Of a stretch of DNA of 34,606 bases, positions 1-10,236 are shown piece after piece. The position numbers were made by a program, and so were the translations under genes. Each line of letters starts with the position of its first letter. Positions within the stretch are counted from its first letter, which is position 1. A model generated the notes under the pieces. That model did not search any database. It was not told the origin of the DNA and saw nothing but the letters and a program-made list of their open reading frames with translations. This stretch comes from an uncultured bacterium (lineage in GTDB: Bacteria; Chloroflexota; UBA5177; JANWHV01). The stretch lies in the NCBI GenBank assembly GCA_963827235.1, contig CAWHAE010000002.1, forward strand, positions 1 through 34,606. Direction: 5' to 3'.

Positions 1-402
1 CCCCACGTTTCCACACTAAGGCAGCGAGTTAAGAGCCCAAAGAGCGCAAGCCAAGAGGATGCAAAGAGGACAGCGAGCATTCGCTAAGTCCGACGTCGCC
101 GGCGACGCCGGCGTGACGCCAGGCCCGCGTCACCGTCGATGCGGAGGGAGCCTATCGTGAGGCTCATGGAGGATATCTATGCGGAGTGCCGTGAAGATCC
201 TGCGCGCCGATGCGCCGGCTTGTCGATGCAGCGCATGTTAGCAAGGCTGTGAAGCGGCCGCAGAGCAATCATGCTCGCTTGCATACGAGTCCAGAACAAG
301 CACACTCTGAACTACCTGGACCGACCCGTGGCACGGCGATGCCCCGCTGCCGGCCCAGGACCTCCACGTGTCGAGCAAGCAGTTGCGGTCGTCGGGCGGA
401 GG

Positions 403-1224
403 CTACCCCCCGTAGCCGAGAGCGGCGAATCGCGATGCCTGGCGATGCGCCTGCCAATCGCAGATCGCCCAAAGATCCGCTACAGGCATGGCTGTGTAGG
501 GCAGGGTATGCATGTATCCCGGCGGCCCAAACTCGGGCGTGAGCGTGCTGCTGGCAACCTCATGCGCTGCTTGCGCCGCCCATACCCACTCCCACCAGCG
601 CTCGTGAGCTTCCAGGTGCGCCCGGTACTCCGGAGCACGCGGATCTGGCACTTGCGGGCCCTCTTCATAGCCGACGCGCGCATGGATATGCAGCGTACGA
701 GCAGCACAGAGGCGGATAGCGTCCGCCTGATCGTCCAGCAGCCGCTCGCCGACCAGAACCCAGTGACTGAAGTCGGCACACAGACGCATGCTCGGGAAAT
801 GTTCCAGCAAGCGCTTCGTGACCCAGGGGTTGTAGAGAATGCGGCCGCGATGTGTCTCGTGGGCGACCCCTATGCCAGATTCCTCCTCGAGGCGCAGTGC
901 TTGCGCGAAGAACGCGTGCGATTCCTCTTCGCTGAAGGAGTCCTGGCCGCTATGGGCATTGACAAACAGTGGGTTGAGTGTCTTTGCCTGTTGAAGGTGA
1001 CCGGCGAATGACTTGAGATGTTCATCGACAGAATTGCCGGACGTCACGATCTGAGCAATGTAGGCAAACCCATGCTCCTGCATGAGCGTCATGAATCTGT
1101 GCTCGTCGGCAGGGGCCGGCAACCCTGTCTCGATGCCTTCGTAGCCGGCTGCCTTGATCTGCGGGAAGACTTCTTCCCATGGTCGCCCTATTCCCCATAG
1201 GTGCCGAAACAGCCGTAGCTTCAC
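403..1224 (-). CDS. Xylose-isomerase-like TIM-barrel protein (sugar phosphate isomerase/epimerase family)
   Basis: AAGYEGIE near the N-terminus and metal-site-like motifs HETHRGR, ADFSHW, HIHARVG and PEFGP. GTG start at 1224 follows the purine-rich RBS AGGGAAGGGG. Confidence 0.8.
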   Translation of the reverse strand: MKLRLFRHLWGIGRPWEEVFPQIKAAGYEGIETGLPAPADEHRFMTLMQEHGFAYIAQIVTSGNSVDEHLKSFAGHLQQAKTLNPLFVNAHSGQDSFSEEESHAFFAQALRLEEESGIGVAHETHRGRILYNPWVTKRLLEHFPSMRLCADFSHWVLVGERLLDDQADAIRLCAARTLHIHARVGYEEGPQVPDPRAPEYRAHLEAHERWWEWVWAAQAAHEVASSTLTPEFGPPGYMHTLPYTAMPVADLWAICDWQAHRQASRFAALGYGG

Positions 1225-1517
1225 GAGCGCCCCTTCCCTGATCACAGCAATAGTGGTCGATGGTCACTATCAATCGTACAGTGTAGCGTGCATAGTTGTC
1301 GGCCAACGTGACGAGCATGCGTGCGAAATCGGGTCAAGCCAATGGAGGGCCGGCAACTCAATCCCGCGCCGCACCTGGACGTAGCCAAGCCGCGACGAGC
1401 CTTGCCGGCGAGCGAGAGAGAGAAACCGTGCCTTCCGGCGGTATGATGATGTATCGAGGGTGCCGGACGATGCGGAGGTCTTGCCGGCATTTGATCTCGA
1501 GCGCGAAAGGGATAACA

Positions 1518-2552
1518 ATGCTTGCCGCCGTCCTGCACGATTTTGATGACCTGCGTTTGGAAGAAGTCCCGGTGCCCCAGCCAACCGCGACGGGATCGGT
1601 CGTGGTAAAGATCAAGTCGTGTGGCATTTGCGCCACCGATTACAAGGCGATCAAGGGAATTCGCCGGAATGTGAACTTCCCGTTCATCCCAGGCCACGAG
1701 CCCTCCGGTGTCGTCTCCGAGGTCGGCCCAGGGGTCAGCCATTTTAAGGCCGGGGACGAAGTCATTTGCATGCCCTCGGGGTCCTGCGGCTTCTGCCGGC
1801 ACTGCCGGATGGGCACGCCTCACTACTGCGAGCAGGCCTTTACCACCGGCGGGGACGGTCCCCCGGACGTCTGGCCAGGCGCCTTCGCCGAGTACATGCT
1901 GACCAGGGAGAGCAGCCTGTTCCACAAGCCGACGAATCTATCGTTTGACCAGGCCGCGGAGACCGAGCCGCTCTCAGGCGCCTGGAAGGGTGTGATTCAG
2001 TACAGCGGGATGCAGGTGGGCGACGACGTGGTGGTGATTGGCGTGGGAGGCATCGGGCTGCTGTGCCTGATGGTGGCCAGGGCAGCGGGCGCCGGGCGGC
2101 TGATTGCCGTGGATACCAGCCCTCATGCCTGTGCGCAAGCCCTGAAACTAGGCGCCACGCACGCAGTCGATGCGCGTGACCCGGAGGCCAAGAGGCGCGT
2201 GTACGAGATCATCCCCCATGGGCCGGACCTGGTGGTCGAGGCGGCCGGGCCCATCGAAGCCGTCAACTTGATGGTCGAGTTGCTGCGGCGCGGCACCCGC
2301 TGGAATGTGTTCGGCATCACGACGCATGAGAAGTTCGAGCTGGATGGGGGCCGGACACACTTTCTGGAGGCCCGCATGGACGCCAGCTTCGGCACGACAC
2401 CGCTGGCCATGCAGAGCGCCATACGGCTGATGGAGACCGGACTGGTGGAAATCGGGCAGATTATCACTCATCGGTTCCCGCTCAAGGACATCCACAAAGC
2501 CCTGGAGGTGATGGCCAGTCCCGATCGCAACAAAGTGATCATCAACCCGTAG
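1518..2552 (+). CDS. Zn-dependent medium-chain alcohol/polyol dehydrogenase
   Basis: CGICATD and GHE catalytic Zn motifs, structural Zn motif CGFCRHC-x7-C, EP third-ligand motif, GVGGIG Rossmann motif followed by Asp (NAD preference). ATG at 1518 follows GAAAGGG. Confidence 0.92.
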   Translation: MLAAVLHDFDDLRLEEVPVPQPTATGSVVVKIKSCGICATDYKAIKGIRRNVNFPFIPGHEPSGVVSEVGPGVSHFKAGDEVICMPSGSCGFCRHCRMGTPHYCEQAFTTGGDGPPDVWPGAFAEYMLTRESSLFHKPTNLSFDQAAETEPLSGAWKGVIQYSGMQVGDDVVVIGVGGIGLLCLMVARAAGAGRLIAVDTSPHACAQALKLGATHAVDARDPEAKRRVYEIIPHGPDLVVEAAGPIEAVNLMVELLRRGTRWNVFGITTHEKFELDGGRTHFLEARMDASFGTTPLAMQSAIRLMETGLVEIGQIITHRFPLKDIHKALEVMASPDRNKVIINP

Positions 2553-2761
2553 ACCTGTAGACTCGCCATTGGCGTGCGCGGCCTGTGCAAGCCGATGGCG
2601 GCGCCGCCGTACTCAACAGGGCAGCCGGAGGCACCGACGGTTCAACGCGTCGTTTCTTTGCAGAGGATCTTGCGAAGTAGGGACCAATGATGGAGAGTTA
2701 CTTTCACGTTGAGCGTGAGCCGGGCAACCGCCCCGGAACGAAAGGCACGGAGGCACAATGG

Positions 2762-5113
2762 TCAAGCAAGCGTCTCCCGGAGTGGGGCCGGCGCGCCCCG
2801 GCTCGAGCTTCGCACCTCGTCGATCAGTGCCGTCAGGTCGCTCTCGGTCAGATCGCTGAGCATCACCAGCTTGGCAATCGGCATATCCGTCAAGAAGGTC
2901 TCCTCCAGCTCCGACGTTGCTTTGCCGGCAGCTGCTCCGGCATTGGCGCCAAACAGCTGGTGGCTCACCTTGGTGGCTAACGGCAGTAGCCGTGCCCGGC
3001 CGACCGGATGCCGTAGCCAGTCGCGAAGCGGACTCAGCATATCCAGCCTAACCGGCAGTGGATGCGTGGACTCCACGCGCAATGACACATGAAGGCGAAT
3101 ATCGCGCGAGGAGGCTCCGACCAAGATGTCGAACATCTCGCTGGTGATGGTCCACGCCCCGGCCAGCGGATCGTAGACGGCGAAATCCCGCCACTCCAGC
3201 TGGAACGTCACCGCTGCTTCCACTCCCGGCTACAGGGCAACCTTGGCGAATGCTCGCAATTCTCGGTCCGGTCGCGGCAGGCGGGGGTGCTGCTCGTGCA
3301 CATAGAGCTGGGCCACTTCGCTGCCGGCGCGCCGACCCGTGTTGCGTATGCGGACCGACACCTGAATCGGTTCGTCGTCGCACATGACTGGCTTGTCGAG
3401 CGTGAGCTCCTCGTAGCTGAACGTCGTGTATGAGAGGCCGTGGCCAAACGGGAACAGCGGAGCCACGTGACGGGCATCGTACCAGCGGTAGCCGGTGAAC
3501 AAGCCTTCTCCGAAGACCACGCTTCGGCTGCCATCGTGCGGAAAGCTCAGCAAGGCCGGTGTGTCCTCGATCCGTACTGGGAACGTTTCCGCAAGCTTTC
3601 CTGAAGGATTGACATGGCCGATAAGCACTGCCGCGACGCCGGCGCCGCCAGCCTGGCCGCCCAGGTACGCCTCGAGAATGGCAGGAACGCGCGCCGCCCA
3701 CGGGAGGGCTACCGGCGCTCCGTTGGTCAGCACCACCACGGTACGGGGTTGCACGGCGCGCACTGCTTCCACGAGCGCGTCGTGTGCCGGCGGCAGACTC
3801 AAGTCAGCACGGTCTGCGCCCTCTAGCTCGTAGGGTGGAGGCAACCCGACCATCACGACTGCAACGCGCGCGTGTGCCGCCGCGGCTCGGGCCTCGTCCA
3901 GCAGGGCCGCGTTGGAGGTCTCCCCGGTCTCGTCGTATCCTGCGGCGTATGTCACATGTCCCGAGGAGCCGATCAGCGCGATAAGCTGTTCATGCACGGT
4001 GTCCACGGCGCGCGAAGGCACCACTTGCGAACTGCCCGCCCCCTGGTAGCGCGGCACCCGCGCAAAGGCGCCGATCAGCGCGACCTCGGCCAGCGACTCA
4101 CCTGCCAGCGGCAACAGATTCCCGTCGTTCTTCAGCAGCACAACGCTCGCCGCGGCCGCGCGGCGTGCCAGGGCGTGATTGGCAGCCATGTCGACCCTGA
4201 TGCCGGGTCGGCGGGCAGCGTCTGCCCTGAGAATCATTCTGAGCAACGCACGGGCGATCTGGTCGAGACGGGTTTCCGCCAACCGGCCCTCGCGAACGGC
4301 CTGGACCACGGCCCCGACAGTTGGGCTGCCGGGCATTTGCAGGTGCATTCCCGCGTCCACCGCAGTCGCGCGGTTATTGACGGCATACCAGTCGGATACA
4401 ATGCAGCCGCGATAGCCCCAGTCCTGCTCGACGATCTCATGCAGCAGATGCGGATTCTCCGTGCAGTAGGCACCATTGAGTCGGTTGTACGCCGCCATCA
4501 TCGTCCATGGCTGGCTTTCGGCAACGGCAATCTCGAACGGCCGCAGGTAGAGTTCGCGCAATACACGCTCCTCGACCCGCGAGTCGGTGATCATACGATC
4601 GGTCTCACACTCGTTGGCGACCAGGTGCTTGACCGAAGCGCCGACGCCATGTTCTTGCAGGCCGCCGACGAACGCCGCGGCCAACTTGCCGGTGAGCACG
4701 GGGTCCTCGGAGAAGTACTCGAAGTTGCGGCCGCACAGGGGAGAGCGCTTGAGGTTCACGCCGGGGCCGAGCACGATCTGCACGTCGTTAGCCTGAGCTT
4801 CGAGAGCAATAGCCGCGCCCACATCGTGAACAAGTGCAGTGTCCCAGGTCGCGCCCAGTGCCGACTCCGTAGGAAAGCAGGTCGCGGGAATGTTATGCCC
4901 GAGGCTCATGTCCGTGCCGCCGCGTGCCTTGCGCAGTCCGGTCGGACCATCGGACAGCCAGATGGAAGGGACGCCGAGCCGCTCGATAGGCCGCGTCGTC
5001 CAGGCATCACGCCCTACGGTCAGTGACGCTTTCTCCTCCAGAGTCATCTGTACGAGCAGCGCTTCGACACGGTTGTTGAGTTCATCCGTACCTGTGGTCC
5101 GTTGGTCTGCCAC
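2762..5113 (-). pseudogene. GH3 beta-glucosidase (TIM barrel + alpha/beta sandwich + Fn3 + C-terminal extension), interrupted by one in-frame TAG at 3230-3232
   Basis: SDGPTGLR, GRNFEYFSEDP, KH, IVSDW nucleophile motif, VLLKN, PFGHGLSYT, EVAQLY. ORFs 3230..5413 and 2762..3223 are in the same frame (AKVAL*PGVEAAVTF). GTG start follows GGAAGGAG. Confidence 0.88.
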
Positions 5114-5821
5114 GTCGTCCGCTCCTTCCCGATTCCGGTGGTCGTCACTTGTTGCTGTCACGCTCCGCAAATAGGCGTCGGCAGCAAACCTGCAACGGGC
5201 CGCGAGTAACGATGGCCGGCGTTGGCCGCTAGCGCTCAGTCTACCTCGTGGACGGCGGAGCAGATCGGCACAAGAGGTGTGGGCTCGGCCTCGAGTTGCA
5301 GCACGCTGGCTGAGCTTGTTCCTGCGGCGCGGGCAGGGGGAAACGCCGCCCTTGCCGAGGCGGCCTTTACCGAACGGATTGGCATCGTAGAGCAGATCGG
5401 CCCCGAGCTTCATGGCTTGGCCTGGTGTTGGACCTTTCCGGAGGGATACGCCAACAGAACCGAAAGCTTCAGGGCACGCGGGTTAGGCCGACGCATCGCT
5501 CACGATGAAAGGTCGTGCTTGTCCACGCAGTCCTAGCCAGCCGCCAAGCCAAACGTGTGGCGAGACATTCGCGGACCTGGACCTAGGTTGCGCATCCCTG
5601 CGTTCTGAGTAACGGCATTGCTACGACCGGCGCTCTGGGCCTGCCGCGTGCCGCGTACAGCCGTATGAACACCCAGCCGTCGAAGTTGGGCATACGGAAG
5701 GTCGGCGCCGAAATCCGCTGGGCACGCAGGCCAACGCCAGAACTGCGAAGGCAACTCGCCCCGCGTCGACACTACCGAACAGCCGCACGACTGCGTCGCG
5801 TGATGACGGCCTTCGATCCTC

Positions 5822-6058
5822 TCAGGCGAGTCGTGGCCGCAGGAGCGTCAGCCGGCGACGTTCATCCGGAGCGGTCCCCCGAGTCCAATCGCTTATCAGC
5901 TTTTCAAGAGCACCGGCCACCAAGGCGTAAGGCGGCCTCCGGTACTCATCGGCAATCTCCTGCAACAGAACTCGGTGGGCTGACGGTAGCGATTCGATGT
6001 AGCGGATTGTCGCTTGCCGCAGCTCCCGTTGCTCGATGGATTCATTAAATGCTGGCAA
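5822..6058 (-). CDS. Small hypothetical protein (78 aa, likely helical)
   Basis: TTG start with GGAG 5 nt upstream, a good upstream promoter and a protein-like amphipathic composition. No family recognised. Confidence 0.6.
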   Translation of the reverse strand: MPAFNESIEQRELRQATIRYIESLPSAHRVLLQEIADEYRRPPYALVAGALEKLISDWTRGTAPDERRRLTLLRPRLA

Positions 6059-6101
6059 GGTGTCTCCAAGGTGATCCTATGTCCGTCCCATTCGGCCATC
6101 A

Positions 6102-6148
6102 GTTTCATGAACGGTGTGATTCTAGCACACGAATTGCGGCTTTCGCAA
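6102..6148 (-). promoter_or_regulatory. Sigma70-type promoter with an operator-like palindrome at the predicted +1
   Basis: Minus strand reads TTGCGA-18 bp-TAGAAT with an extended TGn, followed by CGTTCATGAAAC at 6113-6102. Confidence 0.6.
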
Positions 6149-6467
6149 GGGCATTCGGTGCGATTTGTACGATCCGAAACGATCATGGCACAACCTTTGA
6201 GTGAGAATGACTCCGACGGATGGCGATCGCGCTGGGGCGACATACCCCAAGCTAGGCTGCTCTCAGCTATGTTAATACCAGCACGGGAATTGAGCGCCGA
6301 CCCGAGCACACGGTACGTGCGAGCGCAAACGTCCGGCTGTGACAACCGACTGAGCGGGGCGCCGCACGAAGCTAGAAACGTATTGCGCGTGGCAGGGGTG
6401 CGGCGTTGTGTTTGAGGCTGCAGGCTGGGGCTGGTTCATGCCAGCTGAATCGAAGGAGAGAGCAACT

Positions 6468-9400
6468 ATGATACGCCGTCCGGGTCGCGCTGCTCTCGCC
6501 AGCAGCGTGCTTTTGTTCCTGCTACAAGTCCCGCCGATCCAGGATACGGCACGCGCGATCGCGGCGCAGCAGGCCATGGCCTCGTTCCTCCCTACGCTCA
6601 GCCCTGCCGTGGCTCAGGCTCTTTCGGGTCCGGCCACCGATCACGTCATCGTCACGCTGCGCGATCAGTATCCCGCCACGAGCTCCTCGTTGCGAAGCGA
6701 GCGGATTCCGGCGTCCCGGGCGGCTTTGTTGCGCGAGCTCAACGCGGTCGGGGCCAAGTCCTTGCATTCCTACAGGGTCGTTAATGCGGTAAGTGCCACG
6801 ATTTCGATCGCAGAGGAGGCGCGGCTGCGCGGCGATCCGGCCGTGCTCAGCGTGGCGGCGGATCGCGTGATTCGTCTGCTTGCACCTGCGCCAATTGGGC
6901 ACATCCCGGTGCCGGGTATCGGTAGCAACGACGCCTCTTCGCAGGCATCCGACCCGCTGACTCCTGCCTGCACAACGAGCAGGACGCCTTCTCTGGAGCC
7001 CGAAGCGCTTCAACTGACCGATACGGCCTTCTCCAACCCGAGCGTGGCGCAGGCGCAACGGCTCCGCTCCGGCACGGGCGCCCTGATCAACGGCCAGGGT
7101 GTGAAGGTTGCGTACATTGCCGACGGCGTCGATGTCCACAATCCGGACTTCATACGCAATGGCAAGTCGGTTTTCGTGGACTACCAGGACTTCAGCGGGG
7201 ACGGACCGAACGCGCCTACCGGAGGTGGGGAGGCATTTCTTGACGCGAGTTCCGTCGCGGCGCAGGGTCATCAGGTGTATGACGTCAATGCGTGGCTCGT
7301 CAATAAGCTAGCCAAGCCGTGCCCGATCCGCATCCTCGGCATGGCGCCAGGCGCCGAGCTGGTCGGGCTCAAGGTGTTCGGGAGGACAGACGCGACGACC
7401 GAGTCGGCGTTCGTGCAGGCCATCGATTATGCTGTCTCCGTGGACAAAGTTGACGTACTCAATGAGTCGTTCGGGGGCAACCCGTACCCCGATCTCGCGA
7501 ATGACCCGATTAGCATGGCCAACAGCAACGCGGTGTCCGCCGGAGTGACCGTCACGGTGTCCAGCGGCGACGCGGGCGCGGCCAGCACTATTGGCTCACC
7601 GGGCACCGACCCAGGGGTGATTGCGGTGGGCGCCAGCACGCAGTTTCGTGCTTATACGGAGGCCGGAAACGACGGGATCACCCTTGGCACCGGATACGTC
7701 GACAACAATATATCCTCGCTCAGCTCGGGCGGTTTCGCACAGACGGGACCCCGGACGGTCGACGTAGTGGCTCCGGGCGATCTCGGTTGGGCCCTCTGTA
7801 CAGCTACGCTGAAGGGGCCATCGCGCTACTCCGATTGCACCAACGCCAACCAAAAGAAGTCGTCGCCGATCCAATTGAGCGGGGGCACCAGTGAGGCGGC
7901 GCCGCTCACCGCAGGCGAGGCGGCCCTGGTCATCCAAGCGTATCGCAGCACGCATCATCACGCCTCACCCACCCCCGATCTGGTGAAGCAAATCATCATG
8001 AGCACGGCGACAGACCTCGGCATCTCCGCGACGCAGCAGGGCGCAGGGCTCATTGACAGCTACCGTGCAGTGCAAGCCGCGCTTTCTTACCGAGACTCGG
8101 TGGCAACGCCGTCGCCGCGCGCCGGGCGACTGCTGGTCAACGACACGACGGCATTTACGGCGACGGACAAGCCCAACACGACTGAACGCCTCGCGTTCGA
8201 CATTACGAACGCGGGCAGCCAGGGGCAGCGCATCGCTCCGAAGCTGCTCGCGCTTGACAAGACGGTGTTCCGCGCGGACTATGGTCTCCACCTCGACCCG
8301 CTCAGCGATCCGCTCACGTTCGTCAATCAAGACGGCACGGATCGCGCGTTCGTTGCGCAAACGTTCAAGGTTCCGTCCGGCGTGCAGAGACTGAACGCAT
8401 CCATCGCCTGGCTAGCACTGCAGGAGTCCTCGTCCGTAGTCGTTCTCAACTTGTTCGATCCCAGCGGCCGTCTGACTGCAGTGTCCGACCCACAGAACGC
8501 CGCGCCGGGGACCAGCAGCGGGTTCGGCCAGGTCGACGTGAGGACTCCCCAGGCCGGCATGTGGACCGCACTTATCTGGACGCGCGCCAGAGCGGTCAGT
8601 ACGTCGTACTACGGTGCCGTGCTGCTCTCAGTTAGTGGTTTTCGCTACGCGAGCGCCGGCACGGTGTCTCCCGCCGCAGTAACGCTTCCGGCCGGCCATA
8701 CCGCGACCTTCACCGCCATCACCCGCTTGCCAGGCTCTCCCGGCGATCGCGTCGAAGAGATCGTCTTCCCGTCGCCGAGCGGATCGACGACGCTGATGGG
8801 CGCCATACCGGTGACCGAGCGCGCGCTGGTGCCGCTGACGCGCTCAGGCGGCTCATTCTCGGGCACGATTACCGGCGGGAACGGCCGCGGCGGATCGCCA
8901 GGACAGACGCTCAGCTACCAGTTCGACCTGCCGGCGGGCTTGCACAACCTCGGCCTGGGACTGCGCGTCGCCGATCCGAACAATAATCTCGAGGCGGTTC
9001 TCGTGGATCCGACCGGACAGCCCGTGGACGTGCAGACGACGGCCGGGGCCATAGGCAATTCCGGCCTGCCAACGTACTACACCGGGGCGATGCAATTCTT
9101 CCGTCTCAACCCGATGGCGGGCCGATGGTTGTTCGTGTTGTTTGTCAACGACGCGGTGGGAGCCCTGGCCACGGCGCAGCCGTTCGAGGCGGTTATCGCC
9201 TTCACTGGCGTCCGTATGCTCACTCGCGGCATACCCGATAACGTGCACACACTGCTTCGAGCGGGAAAGGCGGTGAACGCGGCGATTTTGGTCGAGAACA
9301 CCGGGGTAACGGCGAAGGATGTGTTTCTCGACCCACGGCTGGCCGGTACGGCGCGCGTGCCGTTGCAGGCACCCGATGCGTTCAGCTTGACGCTTCCGAT

Positions 9401-9965
9401 CACAGGCAGCCAATTGCCGGCATTCATCATCCCGCCAGAGGTGAGCAGCGTGACGTTCAACGCTCAGTCACCGACACCGATGGCCTTTGCCGTTACGCCA
9501 TTCAGCGGCACGCCGCCCTTCGGGGGTACGGGCAGCCCGGACATCTACCAATCCAGCGGCCCCAGCATCGATCGCGCCACCGGCAATTACGTCGCGTCCC
9601 TTACCGTGCAGGCGCCGGAGTTGGCGTCCGGAGCCTGGCAAGCGGAGCCAGAGCAGGTAGGACCCTTCGGCAACGGCGGCGTAGGGCCGAGCACCTTTGA
9701 CGTCTCGGCCACGGCTATAGGACAGCCGTTCGATCGCCAGGTGACCACCACAACGACGGACGACATCTGGTCGCCGTTCGCAACACGTTTCCGTACGGTG
9801 GTGATTGGGCCACTTCACGTTCGCGAGCTCGACCTGCGGATCACCCCGGCGGGGCCGCCGGGCCACGTGGTGCGCGGGCACATCTACCTGGACACGTTCA
9901 ATCCCAACAGCATAAGTGGAGACGAGCTCGCGGCGATTCCATACGCCTATACGATAGGACGGTAG
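6468..9965 (+). CDS. Large secreted subtilase (S8/S53 clan) with I9-like propeptide and beta-rich C-terminal domains
   Basis: Signal peptide; propeptide pattern (VIVTL...YRVVNAVSATIS...DPAVLSVAAD); GVKVAYIADGVD, GMAPGAEL, VDVLNESFG, VIAVGAS, VDVVAPG, GGTSEAAP, QGAGLID. RBS GAAGGAG precedes ATG 6468. Confidence 0.9.
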   Translation: MIRRPGRAALASSVLLFLLQVPPIQDTARAIAAQQAMASFLPTLSPAVAQALSGPATDHVIVTLRDQYPATSSSLRSERIPASRAALLRELNAVGAKSLHSYRVVNAVSATISIAEEARLRGDPAVLSVAADRVIRLLAPAPIGHIPVPGIGSNDASSQASDPLTPACTTSRTPSLEPEALQLTDTAFSNPSVAQAQRLRSGTGALINGQGVKVAYIADGVDVHNPDFIRNGKSVFVDYQDFSGDGPNAPTGGGEAFLDASSVAAQGHQVYDVNAWLVNKLAKPCPIRILGMAPGAELVGLKVFGRTDATTESAFVQAIDYAVSVDKVDVLNESFGGNPYPDLANDPISMANSNAVSAGVTVTVSSGDAGAASTIGSPGTDPGVIAVGASTQFRAYTEAGNDGITLGTGYVDNNISSLSSGGFAQTGPRTVDVVAPGDLGWALCTATLKGPSRYSDCTNANQKKSSPIQLSGGTSEAAPLTAGEAALVIQAYRSTHHHASPTPDLVKQIIMSTATDLGISATQQGAGLIDSYRAVQAALSYRDSVATPSPRAGRLLVNDTTAFTATDKPNTTERLAFDITNAGSQGQRIAPKLLALDKTVFRADYGLHLDPLSDPLTFVNQDGTDRAFVAQTFKVPSGVQRLNASIAWLALQESSSVVVLNLFDPSGRLTAVSDPQNAAPGTSSGFGQVDVRTPQAGMWTALIWTRARAVSTSYYGAVLLSVSGFRYASAGTVSPAAVTLPAGHTATFTAITRLPGSPGDRVEEIVFPSPSGSTTLMGAIPVTERALVPLTRSGGSFSGTITGGNGRGGSPGQTLSYQFDLPAGLHNLGLGLRVADPNNNLEAVLVDPTGQPVDVQTTAGAIGNSGLPTYYTGAMQFFRLNPMAGRWLFVLFVNDAVGALATAQPFEAVIAFTGVRMLTRGIPDNVHTLLRAGKAVNAAILVENTGVTAKDVFLDPRLAGTARVPLQAPDAFSLTLPITGSQLPAFIIPPEVSSVTFNAQSPTPMAFAVTPFSGTPPFGGTGSPDIYQSSGPSIDRATGNYVASLTVQAPELASGAWQAEPEQVGPFGNGGVGPSTFDVSATAIGQPFDRQVTTTTTDDIWSPFATRFRTVVIGPLHVRELDLRITPAGPPGHVVRGHIYLDTFNPNSISGDELAAIPYAYTIGR

Positions 9966-10236
9966 GGCAGGGTGCTCGGCGTGGCCGTTGAGCTTGGCCC
10001 CGCCACGCTCGGGCTCGGTCGCGATAGTTGTTCAGCCGCAGATGGAGCAGATGCGCTGCTTGCCGGTGCCCGCCACAGGCTGAAGAAACCCAGCTCGCGG
10101 CAGTTAGGTGCTGTTGCGCCGCGTGGCTGACCATGACAGTTCGGAATGCACGGTGTCATCAAGCGGGCCTCCTATACAATGAGGAGCAGTGCCGCGCCCC
10201 TGCACGCGGCGGTGCTTGCCGCTTGGAGATTCGACG

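Noticed and set aside
1-80. Minus-strand hydrophobic ORF start (MLAVLFASSWLALFGLL...) running off the window
   Set aside because: No RBS, and too little sequence to support a call.
3230-3232. Pyrrolysine or genome-wide amber recoding
   Set aside because: Only one internal TAG was found, TAG is a common true stop in this window, and no pyl genes are visible.
5258-5401. 12-bp direct repeat GAGCAGATCGGC as a target-site duplication
   Set aside because: No terminal inverted repeats or transposase are associated, so chance is plausible.
5113-5413. 100-aa N-terminal extension of GH3
   Set aside because: It is low-complexity and Arg-rich, and the RBS and family similarity point to the GTG at 5113.
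6114-6130. CRP-like site GTGTGA..CACAC
   Set aside because: Half-site spacing and sequence deviate from TGTGA-N6-TCACA, and the stretch is better explained as the extended -10 element.
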